A stretch of 64,000 nucleotides of DNA from an uncultured Verrucomicrobiae bacterium. GTDB lineage: Bacteria; Verrucomicrobiota; Verrucomicrobiia; Limisphaerales; UBA11358. Under the pieces are notes generated by a model. It saw nothing but the letters and a program-made list of their open reading frames with translations. It had not been told where the DNA came from and did no database searches. Both the position numbers and the translations under genes were made by a program. The stretch is from contig CAWEAA010000008.1 of the NCBI GenBank assembly GCA_963806905.1, positions 462,395 to 526,394 of the forward strand, written 5' to 3'. Shown one piece after another: positions 9,685 through 18,607 of the stretch (positions within the stretch are counted from its first letter, which is position 1; each line of letters opens with the position of its first letter).

Positions 9685-10112
9685 GATCCGGGTTTATAAT
9701 TTGCATCCACCGCGCCGTTCAAAGCGGCCGAAGGAGCCGCGGCCGCGGCGGGTGCAGGCGTGGCACTGGCAAGCGGCGTAGCGCCCGGGGGAGGCGGAAC
9801 CGGTGTTGAGAGCGCAACGACATTTGCCGGCGCCGGAGCGGCTGCCCGAACGGCCGCGATTGAAGGTAGTGCAGACGCCGGCACGTAATCCGCATAACTC
9901 TTGGCGAGCACCTTGGCCCGGAGCGCTTCCCAATCGGCCGGCGTTGGATCCGGATTGTTGAAGATGAGTTTGAGATCATCGATCACGCCAGGCGTGACGG
10001 CGATGGCTTCTTCCACCAGGGAAAGAATCAAAGCGAGCATTGCGGGTGTCATAATGTTGTTTTTGGTGAACAGTTTGGTCAGTGCGTTGATGGTGGCGTC
10101 GAGTTCGGTCAT
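9681..10112 (-). CDS. Prophage hypothetical protein with Ala/Pro-rich tail (lysis region)
   Basis: ATGA overlap with upstream gene. Confidence 0.75.
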   Translation of the reverse strand: MTELDATINALTKLFTKNNIMTPAMLALILSLVEEAIAVTPGVIDDLKLIFNNPDPTPADWEALRAKVLAKSYADYVPASALPSIAAVRAAAPAPANVVALSTPVPPPPGATPLASATPAPAAAAAPSAALNGAVDANYKPGS

Positions 10113-10738
10113 TGCAATTTAACGCCAAGCGAGGTGATCAGATTTTCGAGGTCAGTCAGGTCCTGGCCTGCGGTGGACGTTGCCTGCTGCAGCGCTAGGC
10201 TCATTTGAGCGGCCGTCGTGGAGTTGGTGACACTGGCGGCCGCGTAAGCGGCGCCGGCGTCGCAGGCCACGGCCACCGCGGCCTGGTATTTTTCGTAAGC
10301 GTTCTCCACCTGGAGCTCCACGTTGGTGGACGGATGACTTGCGGCGACGTAGGCGCCCCACAGATTCATGGCGGTATCGACGCTGACAACGGCCGTGCCG
10401 GCCGATTGATAGGCGATGGTCTGTGGCGTGGACTGGCAACCGATGATGGCCACCATCGCCAGGCATGCAAAGGCGAGCATCATCAATGGAATTTTCGGCG
10501 CTGAACTTGCGGCCGCTGCAGTTGCCGGAGCCGTATCGCTTGCCGGCGGATCATCCGGACCCTTGGCGACGCCGGCGCGCAGGAAGGCGACGGCCGCGGC
10601 CATCAGGGCCAGATAGACTTCACTGGGGATCTGCCACCAATGTTGCCAGTTGCCGAACAGCAGGACGCCGGTGGCGAGTGCGGTGAGATAGGTTTTTTTA
10701 CCCGATAGGAGTTGGAGCAATGTGCTGAGTGTGTTCAT
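10109..10738 (-). CDS. Holin-like two-TM domain fused to a lipobox-bearing helical domain
   Basis: LSGKKTYL..two TM helices..AFLRAGV, then a linker, then KIPLMMLAFACLAMVAIIG-C. Confidence 0.6.
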   Translation of the reverse strand: MNTLSTLLQLLSGKKTYLTALATGVLLFGNWQHWWQIPSEVYLALMAAAVAFLRAGVAKGPDDPPASDTAPATAAAASSAPKIPLMMLAFACLAMVAIIGCQSTPQTIAYQSAGTAVVSVDTAMNLWGAYVAASHPSTNVELQVENAYEKYQAAVAVACDAGAAYAAASVTNSTTAAQMSLALQQATSTAGQDLTDLENLITSLGVKLQ

Positions 10739-10932
10739 AGGTCAGATTTGAGGAAGTGTTCGGTTTCGTGTTCGCTGGGAATTTTAAAGCCGCGATCGCG
10801 GAGCATGATGATGATGGTGGCGGTTTTTTTTTCGTTGCTGCGGATGTGTTTCCATATGGCGCGTTGCGAGCGCAGCCAGGCTGTGAGAGCGACAGCCAGG
10901 CAGGCGGCGACGATTTCAACTGGAATGTTCAT
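10735..10932 (-). CDS. Small prophage membrane protein (65 aa)
   Basis: MNIPVEIVAACLAVALTAWLRS..., ATGA overlaps at both ends. Confidence 0.75.
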   Translation of the reverse strand: MNIPVEIVAACLAVALTAWLRSQRAIWKHIRSNEKKTATIIIMLRDRGFKIPSEHETEHFLKSDL

Positions 10933-11066
10933 TTCGTGGTGGGGGCAAAGCCCCAGATGTAACCAAGCGCAGCCAGCACGGGGAGTGCCAGCAGTTCGCC
11001 GATGGCGGGGATGAAAAGCATCCCCACCAGGATCACGGTCAAAAAAAGTTTGGTGCCAGTGCTCAT
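10929..11066 (-). CDS. Small prophage membrane protein (45 aa, below ORF-track cutoff)
   Basis: MSTGTKLFLTVILVGMLFIPAIGELLALPVLAALGYIWGFAPTTK, ATGA overlaps at both ends. Confidence 0.78.
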   Translation of the reverse strand: MSTGTKLFLTVILVGMLFIPAIGELLALPVLAALGYIWGFAPTTK

Positions 11067-11533
11067 GAGAACCAGGTCGTGGGATTCCAGGGAGAGGTGG
11101 ACCAGCTCGAGTCCGCCGCGGCCTGGGCGGATTCAGTGGCCGCGTTGTTGGATGCGGCCGTGGCAGCCGCGTTGGCGGCGGCGGTGCCTTGGGTGGATGC
11201 AATCGTTTGGTACATGGCGCCGCCTGGCTGATACGAGCCGGCCACCACGTCCTGCGCGGCCGCGTTTTGCTGTTCGGTGGCCGTCAGCAAAGGAAGCTGG
11301 GTGAGCGCAACGGCGCCCTGGTAGGGAGTTGAACTGACAACTGCACTTTTGACGGCTGAAGCCGCGGTCACGAGCGTGTTCCACGGAGCCAGAAGGACAT
11401 CCATGAAAGTCTTCGTGCCGGCGGCGATATCGGCCTTGAAATTTTGATACGCCTTGTACATCTCGATGGCCACGTAAACCCCGACACCGAGCGTGAGGAT
11501 GATCATGATGTGTTTCCAGGGGATTTTTTTCAT
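11063..11533 (-). CDS. Prophage membrane protein, N-terminal TM and Ala/Thr-rich tail (156 aa)
   Basis: HIMIILTLGVGVYVAI TM segment, ATGA overlaps. Confidence 0.8.
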   Translation of the reverse strand: MKKIPWKHIMIILTLGVGVYVAIEMYKAYQNFKADIAAGTKTFMDVLLAPWNTLVTAASAVKSAVVSSTPYQGAVALTQLPLLTATEQQNAAAQDVVAGSYQPGGAMYQTIASTQGTAAANAAATAASNNAATESAQAAADSSWSTSPWNPTTWFS

Positions 11534-13368
11534 TGGTTGAGGATGGCTTGCCAGTAGATGGTGTCCGCGGAAGGGAAGTTACCGGTGTCGGAAATATAAA
11601 AGCCCGCCGTGGTCATGTTGGTGATCACAAAAACAGTTGCACCACTTGGGGACGAGCACGCCAGGCTGACTGAATAATTGGTTGAAGGCAGAGGCGATGA
11701 AAAGAGAACGTTGGTGTGCGATAAGGTGCCTGCTGAAATGTACAACAACCCGGCCCGATACCAGGGTGGCAAGCCAGTGAGGCTGGCTGCAGGTGTGTTT
11801 GAGGTTGATGAAGCATCTCCCGCCAAGAAAGCGGCAGTGAGCGTTGCATCGACTTTTGTGTTGCCGTTAACTTCTAATGGTTGCGATGCTGCATTCGTCC
11901 CTATGCCGATGTTCCCTTTGTTGAATGAGAGGACGTTGGTGTAGAGCACTGTGTTGTTCATTTGGTGCCAGACCCAGGCCACGTTGCCGCCAGTAACGAA
12001 TTCCTGGCATATCAGGTAGTAGCCCGAACTGTACTCCAACTCTTGGATATAACCCGGGCCGTCCTCCTGATTGAAAACTGTGAAAGTTGCGAGATTGTTT
12101 GTCGTTCCGACACTGAGGCTGGAAGGAAAAATTACGCCATCCGGTGACAACCACAGATTTTGACCCTGGCTGTCGTCCACCGGCGTGTCCGGCCCGTCGT
12201 AAAAATTTCCAGTGGCCGTGCTCATGAAATGCACTGGCGTTACGTAAAACGATGCGAAGTCCCAGATGCTGTTGCCGCTGATTTTGTTGTAGGTAGTGTT
12301 CGCCAGGCGCATGGCGTTGGTGTAACTCCCGGCCTCAATCGTGTTGTTAGCAATTATATTTCCACCACTGCCAAAGCTGCCACCGTCAATTTCAATCGCG
12401 CAGTCCCCGCCGCATCCCAACCAGATGATGTTGTTCTCAAAGGGCACGGCATTCGCCCAGGTGCGGAAATAAATCACCCGGCGCAACCGATCAAACTGCC
12501 CATCCGCGATGACTGTGCCGTAGCCCTGAAAAGCATTGGTCACGTCCAAGCCCGACACCGCGTTGGTCCCGCCCAAAATAATGCCGTCCTGTTGCGGGTA
12601 GATCCCGCCACCCGGGTGAGCAGCCGTCTTGCCGCACAAAAGGAAATTATGCATGTAAAGCGTCGTGCAGGTATCAAGGATGAACGGCGAAGTGCCATCC
12701 CTGGCATCGTACAGCGAAAGGTGATCAATTTCCAGTGTCCCACGGCCGATGGTCTGAATTTTCGCTATGGCATTGGTTGCGTCCAACAGAAGGATCGTGC
12801 CGTTGGTGGGGGCAAGCTGCAGGTTGCCGCTGAAATCGTTGCCGACCCCCGTTAATCGGATCGTGGGTTGCCAGAAATTAGATCCGCCGTCCCAACTGTC
12901 ATAGTAAGCGATGGGGCCGTGAGGAATGAAAATCACGCGGGGAAGAAAATAAGCTGACCCGGGAAAAAAGACGATGCCTCCGCCGGCATTATAGGCTGCC
13001 TGGATCGTGTTTGAGACGGCAATCGAGTCATCCGTCACTCCGTCCCCGACCGCTCCCCAAAATTTCACGTTGAACACGGGCAGATTGTTGCTGGCGGAGT
13101 CACACACCCCATGTATCAGGCCGTAGAAAGTGCCGTTGCTATAAACGCCGCCCACGTTGGTCGGGTTAGTTGAAACGGGGTTGACCAGATTTGCGTTCGT
13201 GATCGGCCAGTTGTTGGTTGCCAGGACGCCGAGCTTGGCCAGCGCTGCCGTCGCATTCTGAGACTGCAATAGTCCCCGGGAGAAAGGCGTCGTCTGCACG
13301 ACCGGGCCGTCAGCCGCGGCGTGCCAGGCTGCAAGCGCAAAACAGAATGTCAGGATTTTTTTAAACAT
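11530..13368 (-). CDS. Beta-helix (pectate-lyase-3-like) spike/depolymerase with N-terminal signal peptide (612 aa)
   Basis: Start MFKKILTFCFALAAWHAAA-DG overlaps the upstream stop. FNVKFWGAVGDGVTDDS...GGGIVFFP motif, GNIGIGT linker, tail-fibre-like C-terminal beta domain. Confidence 0.8.
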   Translation of the reverse strand: MFKKILTFCFALAAWHAAADGPVVQTTPFSRGLLQSQNATAALAKLGVLATNNWPITNANLVNPVSTNPTNVGGVYSNGTFYGLIHGVCDSASNNLPVFNVKFWGAVGDGVTDDSIAVSNTIQAAYNAGGGIVFFPGSAYFLPRVIFIPHGPIAYYDSWDGGSNFWQPTIRLTGVGNDFSGNLQLAPTNGTILLLDATNAIAKIQTIGRGTLEIDHLSLYDARDGTSPFILDTCTTLYMHNFLLCGKTAAHPGGGIYPQQDGIILGGTNAVSGLDVTNAFQGYGTVIADGQFDRLRRVIYFRTWANAVPFENNIIWLGCGGDCAIEIDGGSFGSGGNIIANNTIEAGSYTNAMRLANTTYNKISGNSIWDFASFYVTPVHFMSTATGNFYDGPDTPVDDSQGQNLWLSPDGVIFPSSLSVGTTNNLATFTVFNQEDGPGYIQELEYSSGYYLICQEFVTGGNVAWVWHQMNNTVLYTNVLSFNKGNIGIGTNAASQPLEVNGNTKVDATLTAAFLAGDASSTSNTPAASLTGLPPWYRAGLLYISAGTLSHTNVLFSSPLPSTNYSVSLACSSPSGATVFVITNMTTAGFYISDTGNFPSADTIYWQAILNQ

Positions 13369-13992
13369 AGATGACTGAGATGCCGTCCCCACCGTTGGCT
13401 GCGGACACGTACCAGGATCCGAAGTCGCGCTTCCCACCAGGGTCCGCTTCGATTTCGTATTGATCACCCGGGTTAAGCTGGATCGGCTGATGCGCTCCAG
13501 AATTGCCGATGTAAACCGCGCCGGCGTTGGCTGCGCGATCGAGGCTTTGCTGTGCGATGATGATTGCCCGTCGGAAATAGGATCCCGCGGCCGCAAAGGC
13601 GATGGCCGCGCCACCGCCCACAGTATTTTTCTGGAATTGGCCTTCAGCTTCGAGGGCGCAACCGGCGAGCGTGTTGGAGATGGGCGCCTGATTTACATTG
13701 ACGTTGCTGGTGACGCTGACGTCGCCGTTTTGATCGGCGAATTGCTGACGTAGAAGGTGATCGTCACCGGCACGCCCGAGTCGTTGTAAAAAGTCAGCTT
13801 GCCGAACTGGGGAGAGGCATCGTCGCCGAAGCCCGAGCCGGTTTCGCTGAAATCATATTCGTCGCCGGTGCTGGTGATGACACGGAAGGCCCCGTTGGTT
13901 GCTGTCAGCAAAAAGTATTTCCCCGTGATGCACATGGCGAAGACGCCTGACGCATTGCCGGCTATGGGAATTGTGAGCGTGATCGGTTTCAT
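13361..13992 (-). pseudogene. Penton/spike-base-like all-beta protein (~210 aa) split by a 1-bp deletion near 13724
   Basis: The 99-aa and 86-aa ORFs join through an open -1 frame (..PIKT / DVSVTSNVNVNQAPISNT..). Span is 632 bp = 3n+2. Second domain RRAIII..AVYIG..LNPGDQYEI recalls PM2 P1. Confidence 0.7.
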
Positions 13993-14496
13993 GATTTGTG
14001 TTTGAACAGGGCGATCAAGGCCACCAGGGCCCCCACGCCGGCCAGAATCAGGCCCAGAGTCTTGTAGGTGATCGAGCCGCCAGTCCCTGGCACAGGCTGG
14101 TTTAAAGCGTTGCTGGCGGTCTGCAGGCCGTTGGCTGCGGAAGCTGAGACCCCCTGGACCGCATTCGAGAATTGATCAGCCAGCTGACTGATCAGCGCGT
14201 CCGCGTTCGGATCGCCCACCGTGATCGTTGAGCCAGTGCCGGCATCGATCGTTCCCACTTGGCCGCCCACTTTTGATGCTCCGCTTAGATCCACTGCTCC
14301 GGCTTCCTGGTATTTGCCTTGGGCGCCCACCGCGATCGAACCGGTCGTGGCCGCGGTGCCCGTGTCCGTCACGTTCGGCGAGGCCGCTCCGCTCGTGGTC
14401 AACGTCTTTTGCGAGGCTCTGCTGTGAACTGCTCGAGGCGCTCCAGCCAACCAACGGCAAGAAAAAAGGCAGATGATAGATGAGGTGAAGTATCAT
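13989..14496 (-). pseudogene. Gly/Ser/Thr-rich virion membrane protein with C-terminal TM (~168 aa) split by a 1-bp insertion near 14416
   Basis: ATG 14496 overlaps upstream TGA. MILHLIYHLPFFLPLVGWSASSSSQQ continues in another frame as SQKTLTTSG...LILAGVGALVALIALFKHKS. Span is 508 bp = 3n+1. Confidence 0.75.
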
Positions 14497-14930
14497 ACCG
14501 TCTTGCACATGATCAGTCCCAGCGGCTTGTAACCCTGGCTCGCGCCGAAGCGATACAAACTGGCCAGGCGCGTCACCCACATGATTGTTGGAGCGGAGAA
14601 ATGTCTGGCTAGCGCGTCGCCCGCATCGAAAACGAATTTGAAGGAGGTTTTCCCCAGGGCTGCAACGCCTTCGATGATCAGCCAGCCCAACGCGTTGCGC
14701 GAGTGGATCATCACGAAAGCCGGTTTGTCGTCCACCTGGACGGTTGAGGCCTGGAAGGCACCGGCCTTGACCAGGCGCGTGAACATCCCCGGTTCATAGA
14801 TGCCATCCAGAATCTTGCCGGCGATCGCCCCGAGCTCGGCTTCCGCCTGCTGCAGCTCGCCTTCGCTGCTCTCCAGGATGGAAAACAGCTGCGTCTCGGT
14901 TATCAGCAGGCGTTTTTTATCGGCGTGCAT
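14493..14930 (-). CDS. Prophage protein, possible GNAT-like fold (145 aa)
   Basis: LIIEGVAALG..DALARHFSAPTIMWVTR..LYRF..QGYKP resembles the GNAT C-terminal pattern. Confidence 0.55.
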   Translation of the reverse strand: MHADKKRLLITETQLFSILESSEGELQQAEAELGAIAGKILDGIYEPGMFTRLVKAGAFQASTVQVDDKPAFVMIHSRNALGWLIIEGVAALGKTSFKFVFDAGDALARHFSAPTIMWVTRLASLYRFGASQGYKPLGLIMCKTV

Positions 14931-15105
14931 ACAACAAACCAAAGGTGAGGAGGATCGCCAGAAAACCGCCCGCGATGACCATGATCGTGGTAGTGCTCAG
15001 CGGGCCACCGCTGTTGTTGACGGTGACGGGGCCGACGCCGCCCGTCGAAGCTCCCGACGATGCGCTGGCGCTCAAACCGCCTCCGCCTCCACCTAACAAG
15101 CTCAT
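14917..15105 (-). CDS. Small Gly/Ser-rich virion membrane protein (62 aa)
   Basis: C-terminal TM followed by basic residues, ATGA overlap. Confidence 0.8.
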   Translation of the reverse strand: MSLLGGGGGGLSASASSGASTGGVGPVTVNNSGGPLSTTTIMVIAGGFLAILLTFGLLYARR

Positions 15106-15239
15106 TTTTTCTTTCTAAGGAGCACCAACACCAGCAGCCCGAAAAGAACCGCCACGGCGATCCAGGGGACCGTGCTGGTGACTGCCTGCACTCGCTGGGT
15201 CTGGTTTCCCTGGCTCAGCAACAGTTGGGCTGTGTCCAT
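15102..15239 (-). CDS. Small virion membrane protein (45 aa, below ORF-track cutoff)
   Basis: MDTAQLLLSQGNQTQRVQAVTSTVPWIAVAVLFGLLVLVLLRKKK, abuts both neighbours. Confidence 0.8.
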   Translation of the reverse strand: MDTAQLLLSQGNQTQRVQAVTSTVPWIAVAVLFGLLVLVLLRKKK

Positions 15240-15590
15240 TTATTTTTTGCGGAACAACAACAGGATCGCCACGAGCACGCCGCCGCAGATCAGGATCCAC
15301 GGCAGATACTGGGTGAGCGTCGAAGTCGTGGTGGCGGGTTTGGCCGCGGTCGTGCTGGGTGAAACGCTGAAAAGTTTGTAAGCGTTGGCAGCCGTGGTCC
15401 CCAACCCCGACAAACCGCTCACCAGGGAAGAAAAGAAGTTGCCGCTGGTGTTGGTGTTGCCGCCGCTGCTGTCAACCGGGGTTGATAGAAACAGCGGGCT
15501 GCTGTTGGGGGCCGTGGAACCGTTAAGGTTCAGACCCAAGCTGCTTGAATCCGAGCCGAGCCCTAAAAGGTCTAAAGTTGGATCGTCCAT
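15240..15590 (-). CDS. Virion membrane protein with C-terminal TM (116 aa), positional equivalent of PM2 P3
   Basis: Immediately downstream of MCP, ends LPWILICGGVLVAILLLFRKK. Confidence 0.78.
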   Translation of the reverse strand: MDDPTLDLLGLGSDSSSLGLNLNGSTAPNSSPLFLSTPVDSSGGNTNTSGNFFSSLVSGLSGLGTTAANAYKLFSVSPSTTAAKPATTTSTLTQYLPWILICGGVLVAILLLFRKK

Positions 15591-15653
15591 ATTTAAAAAA
15601 AGGCGCAGGCTGTTGACCCGCGCCGTCCAGAATTTTAAAAACGCGGGTCCGGA

Positions 15654-16559
15654 CTAGCCGAGTGTCGGAAGACCAAGCCGCTGCGTAATGCGGCGCAAGG
15701 TGCCGTTGGAAGCGGCCGCCAGCGTCAGATTAAGCTGCGTCGAAGCAACCGAACTCACGGCGCGCAATGACTCGAACAGATCGTCGTGATCGAACATCAG
15801 GGGGAACAAACCCGCTTGCGGATTCATGTCGTAGTTGGTCAGCAACTGCGCGTTTTCGTTCGCGGTGATGTCGTCATAAATGACGTTGGCGCCCGCGAGC
15901 AGCCGCGCCTGAATGATGCCCTTGCTGCCCGCGACGCTGTCGGAGGGATCGAAGATGTCCACCTCGGAGATCAGGTCCGTGCCGGGCATGCCCTGGAAGA
16001 TGTTCGCCAGCGGCACCAGAGCGGAGCTCGTCTGCGAATCATCCGCCTGCCACTTGATGATCGGCGTGGCTGCGCCGATGCCGAAATCGTCCACGCAAGC
16101 TGTGGCCGCGAGGACAGGAGTCGTCCCGATCAACGGGATCTTCACCTGGAACGTGTCGTTGGTGCCGAGCCAGTCGGTCGTGCAGGCCAACCCGTTCTGG
16201 TAATCTGCGCGTTTGCGCCACGGCTCCTCAAAAAAGATCGAGAGCAAGGTGCGGCCGCTGCCGGCGCCGGTGCCGGCGTAACCGATTGAGGCATATTTCG
16301 AGCCGTTGAGCTGATTGATCGTGTCAATCTGCACGGCCGTCGCGCGCCGGATTTGTTTCGACGCCAGAAGAATCTGGATGTCGCCACTCGTGACTGCAGA
16401 GAGTGCGGGTGCGTTGGCGTTGCCGGCGCCGGCATCGCCAAGGATGAGCTGGATGCTCTTATACCGGGGCCCCTTGGGGCAATTGATGGTTGCGACGGTC
16501 CCCGTGGCCACGCCGGTGATGTCTTGAAGTTGGATTTTACGATTGGGAGCAAAAGGCAT
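15654..16559 (-). CDS. Double jelly-roll major capsid protein, PM2 P2-like (301 aa)
   Basis: N-terminus LQDITGVATGTVATINCPKGPRYKSIQL and C-terminal DDITANENAQLLTNY..LFPLMFDHDD match the pattern of PM2 P2 as I recall it. Size, beta-rich composition and flanking TM genes agree. Confidence 0.85.
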   Translation of the reverse strand: MPFAPNRKIQLQDITGVATGTVATINCPKGPRYKSIQLILGDAGAGNANAPALSAVTSGDIQILLASKQIRRATAVQIDTINQLNGSKYASIGYAGTGAGSGRTLLSIFFEEPWRKRADYQNGLACTTDWLGTNDTFQVKIPLIGTTPVLAATACVDDFGIGAATPIIKWQADDSQTSSALVPLANIFQGMPGTDLISEVDIFDPSDSVAGSKGIIQARLLAGANVIYDDITANENAQLLTNYDMNPQAGLFPLMFDHDDLFESLRAVSSVASTQLNLTLAAASNGTLRRITQRLGLPTLG

Positions 16560-16610
16560 AACGAAAAAGGTTAGAAGTTGATGATGTTGATTCCGTGACC
16601 TCGATTGAGA

Positions 16611-16766
16611 TTACGAGGCGGTGGCCGGCGACGCGGTCGTGACCGTGGAAGCTTTCTTGGGCAGGAACTTCCGGACCAATGGCACGATGACCACGATCGC
16701 CGTGGCACAAGCGAGCGTGACCAGGACGAAGGTCACGATGTTTTCGCGAGAGAAGATTTTTTTCAT
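16611..16766 (-). CDS. Small membrane protein upstream of MCP (51 aa), positional equivalent of PM2 P7
   Basis: MKKIFSRENIVTFVLVTLACATAIVVIVPLVRKFLPKK... Confidence 0.75.
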   Translation of the reverse strand: MKKIFSRENIVTFVLVTLACATAIVVIVPLVRKFLPKKASTVTTASPATAS

Positions 16767-16997
16767 AACAGGAGGGGGACTGTCCCGAGGGACGTTGTCG
16801 AACTGTCGGCTTCGTGTGGCGTCGTCAGCGCGATCAACCGGAGACACCGGTCCGAACCGCGGTTCAGAACGCCGAAGCGTTAAGTGAGGGAAATTTCGCA
16901 CGGCGATGTGGACGCGCGAGGCGCATTTTGCCTCATCCCCCTTTTTGGCTCCGGCACTGCTGCCAGGCAGGGGTCAATGCAATTGAAAATTGAATCC

Positions 16998-17325
16998 ATG
17001 ATGACAAAAATCCTTCTCGATCCGCTCCCAGGCACTGGCGGTGGAACGGCTACCCCGAGTTCATCCTCTGAACCGCATAATGCAGAAACGCCGCCGCCTG
17101 CTCCGCCGCCAGCGGCCACTACGGTCCTCCAGGGGACCAAATCCGAGCGCGAACTGCAGCTTGAAGAAGAGAATCAACGCCTGGCCAAGGAAAAAAAGGA
17201 CCGGGAGATAAAGATCGCCGAGGCTCGAGGATGAAAATCATCGGCTGAAATCGCCGCCGTCCGATCCGCAGCCGGCCCCAACCGGCCAGGAAGAAGAGTA
17301 CCGTTGGCGCCCCTTCAAGCTTTAA
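16998..17325 (+). pseudogene. Pro-rich coiled-coil protein (~108 aa) split by an extra G at 17222/17223
   Basis: Removing one G continues the heptad pattern KIAE-LEDENHRLK...RWRPFKL* and ends 6 bp before the next ATG. Span is 328 bp = 3n+1. Confidence 0.7.
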
Positions 17326-17331
17326 AATGTC

Positions 17332-18078
17332 ATGGCTGCGAAAACCGAGTCCACAGCAGCAAAAGGAAACGGAGCTCCTCCGCCAGTGGCGCCGCGGCCG
17401 CCTGCAGGATCGTCTGGAAAACCTCCCGCTGGAATTCCTGCTGCGCCATCAACTCCACCGCCTCCGGGAAAAACAGGAGGACGTCCTCGCAAAGACGGGT
17501 TGCCTCCCGGCTCGCCGCAGGCTCAGGCGGCTGATAAGAAATACGATTCGGAGCGCCACAAGCTGGCTCGTGAAACGGCCGTTCAATTGGCTGAGCCGCC
17601 GGCGCTCCCTTCAGCCCTTGCGCCGAACGCTGGTCCAGGCCCAGCGCCGAAGCCTGGTCTTCTTGGCGAGCTTGCTGGTGAGGAAGCTCCGCCAGTCCCC
17701 TGGCAGCCAGAGACACTGACCGGCCTGGTTGACGATCTCATCGAGGCCGCGGAGGAGAATCGAGTCGGCGGTTTTATCGCCAAGTGCGCTGAAGCGGGTA
17801 TCACCGGAAAACTCTGCAAAGAGATCGAGGCCGATGCGCACTTCCCCAAAACCGCCAAGGCCCTGCTCAAGCACAGCATCCCGCGCCTGGCGGCAAAGTG
17901 GTTGAACCGCGCCGGCATCTCCGCTGAGTGGCAGGAGGAAATTTCCGTCCTCACGGCCGTCATCCTGATCATCAAACAGAATGCCAAACTGAACGCCAGG
18001 TTCGAGGAAATCGTCCACGCCAACAAACAACCGGCGCCGGCGCCGGTAAAGAAAGGTCCGGAGGTGATCAAGGTATGA
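17332..18078 (+). CDS. Prophage protein with Pro-rich N-terminus and AT-hook-like GGRPRK motif (248 aa)
   Basis: Long ORF, ATGA overlap with next gene. Confidence 0.75.
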   Translation: MAAKTESTAAKGNGAPPPVAPRPPAGSSGKPPAGIPAAPSTPPPPGKTGGRPRKDGLPPGSPQAQAADKKYDSERHKLARETAVQLAEPPALPSALAPNAGPGPAPKPGLLGELAGEEAPPVPWQPETLTGLVDDLIEAAEENRVGGFIAKCAEAGITGKLCKEIEADAHFPKTAKALLKHSIPRLAAKWLNRAGISAEWQEEISVLTAVILIIKQNAKLNARFEEIVHANKQPAPAPVKKGPEVIKV

Positions 18079-18227
18079 ACAAAAAATTCAAACAACCGCG
18101 GATCGAGGTTCCAAGATTGAAGCGCGCCTTGCGGAACTTCCACCATGCGCTGGGCAAGCGCAAGACTCTGACGGGTCCCCAAGCCTTAGCAATTTTCGTT
18201 CGCTCGATGAACGAAGTTAGCTGCTGA
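18075..18227 (+). CDS. Small basic prophage protein (50 aa)
   Basis: MNKKFKQPRIEVPRLKRALRNF..., ATGA and TGATG coupling. Confidence 0.65.
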   Translation: MNKKFKQPRIEVPRLKRALRNFHHALGKRKTLTGPQALAIFVRSMNEVSC

Positions 18228-18436
18228 TGAACTCAACACTCAAACTGACGCCTGCAGCGGCCGGCCGGATGTATCACGGTCCGTGTTTTCATCGATCGCG
18301 CACGCCGGCCGAGAATCGTCGGATCATTCGTCAACAGATCCGCCAGCTCAAAGCCAGCGTCTCGATGGACCTCCGTTACATGGGCTGCATCCTCGAGGCG
18401 ATCGCAAATTTCAAGCCCGCTTCCCAACCCGCATGA
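18227..18436 (+). CDS. Small basic prophage protein (69 aa)
   Basis: Translationally coupled to neighbours. Confidence 0.6.
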   Translation: MNSTLKLTPAAAGRMYHGPCFHRSRTPAENRRIIRQQIRQLKASVSMDLRYMGCILEAIANFKPASQPA

Positions 18437-18607
18437 GAATCCCGATCGCTTTTGCAAGGCCCGCAGAATTCCGGATCCTGATCCGGCCGCATGGCTTTTC
18501 GTTTCTCAGGTTCACCGATGCCACGTTGCCGCTGCCCAGAGTCGAGCCGGGAGGATCCGATTTTCCAGACGCGCTCGCCGCGACTTTTTATTTCTGCTCT
18601 CCCTGCC

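Noticed and set aside
13369..13614. N-terminal 82 aa of the 694-aa ORF-track call
   Set aside because: It overlaps the penton-like gene in another frame. ATG 13368 is coupled to the upstream stop and starts a signal peptide.
13693..13800. Programmed -1 ribosomal frameshift in the penton-like gene
   Set aside because: No canonical slippery heptamer was seen, and two other indels nearby make mutation or assembly error more likely. Not fully excluded.
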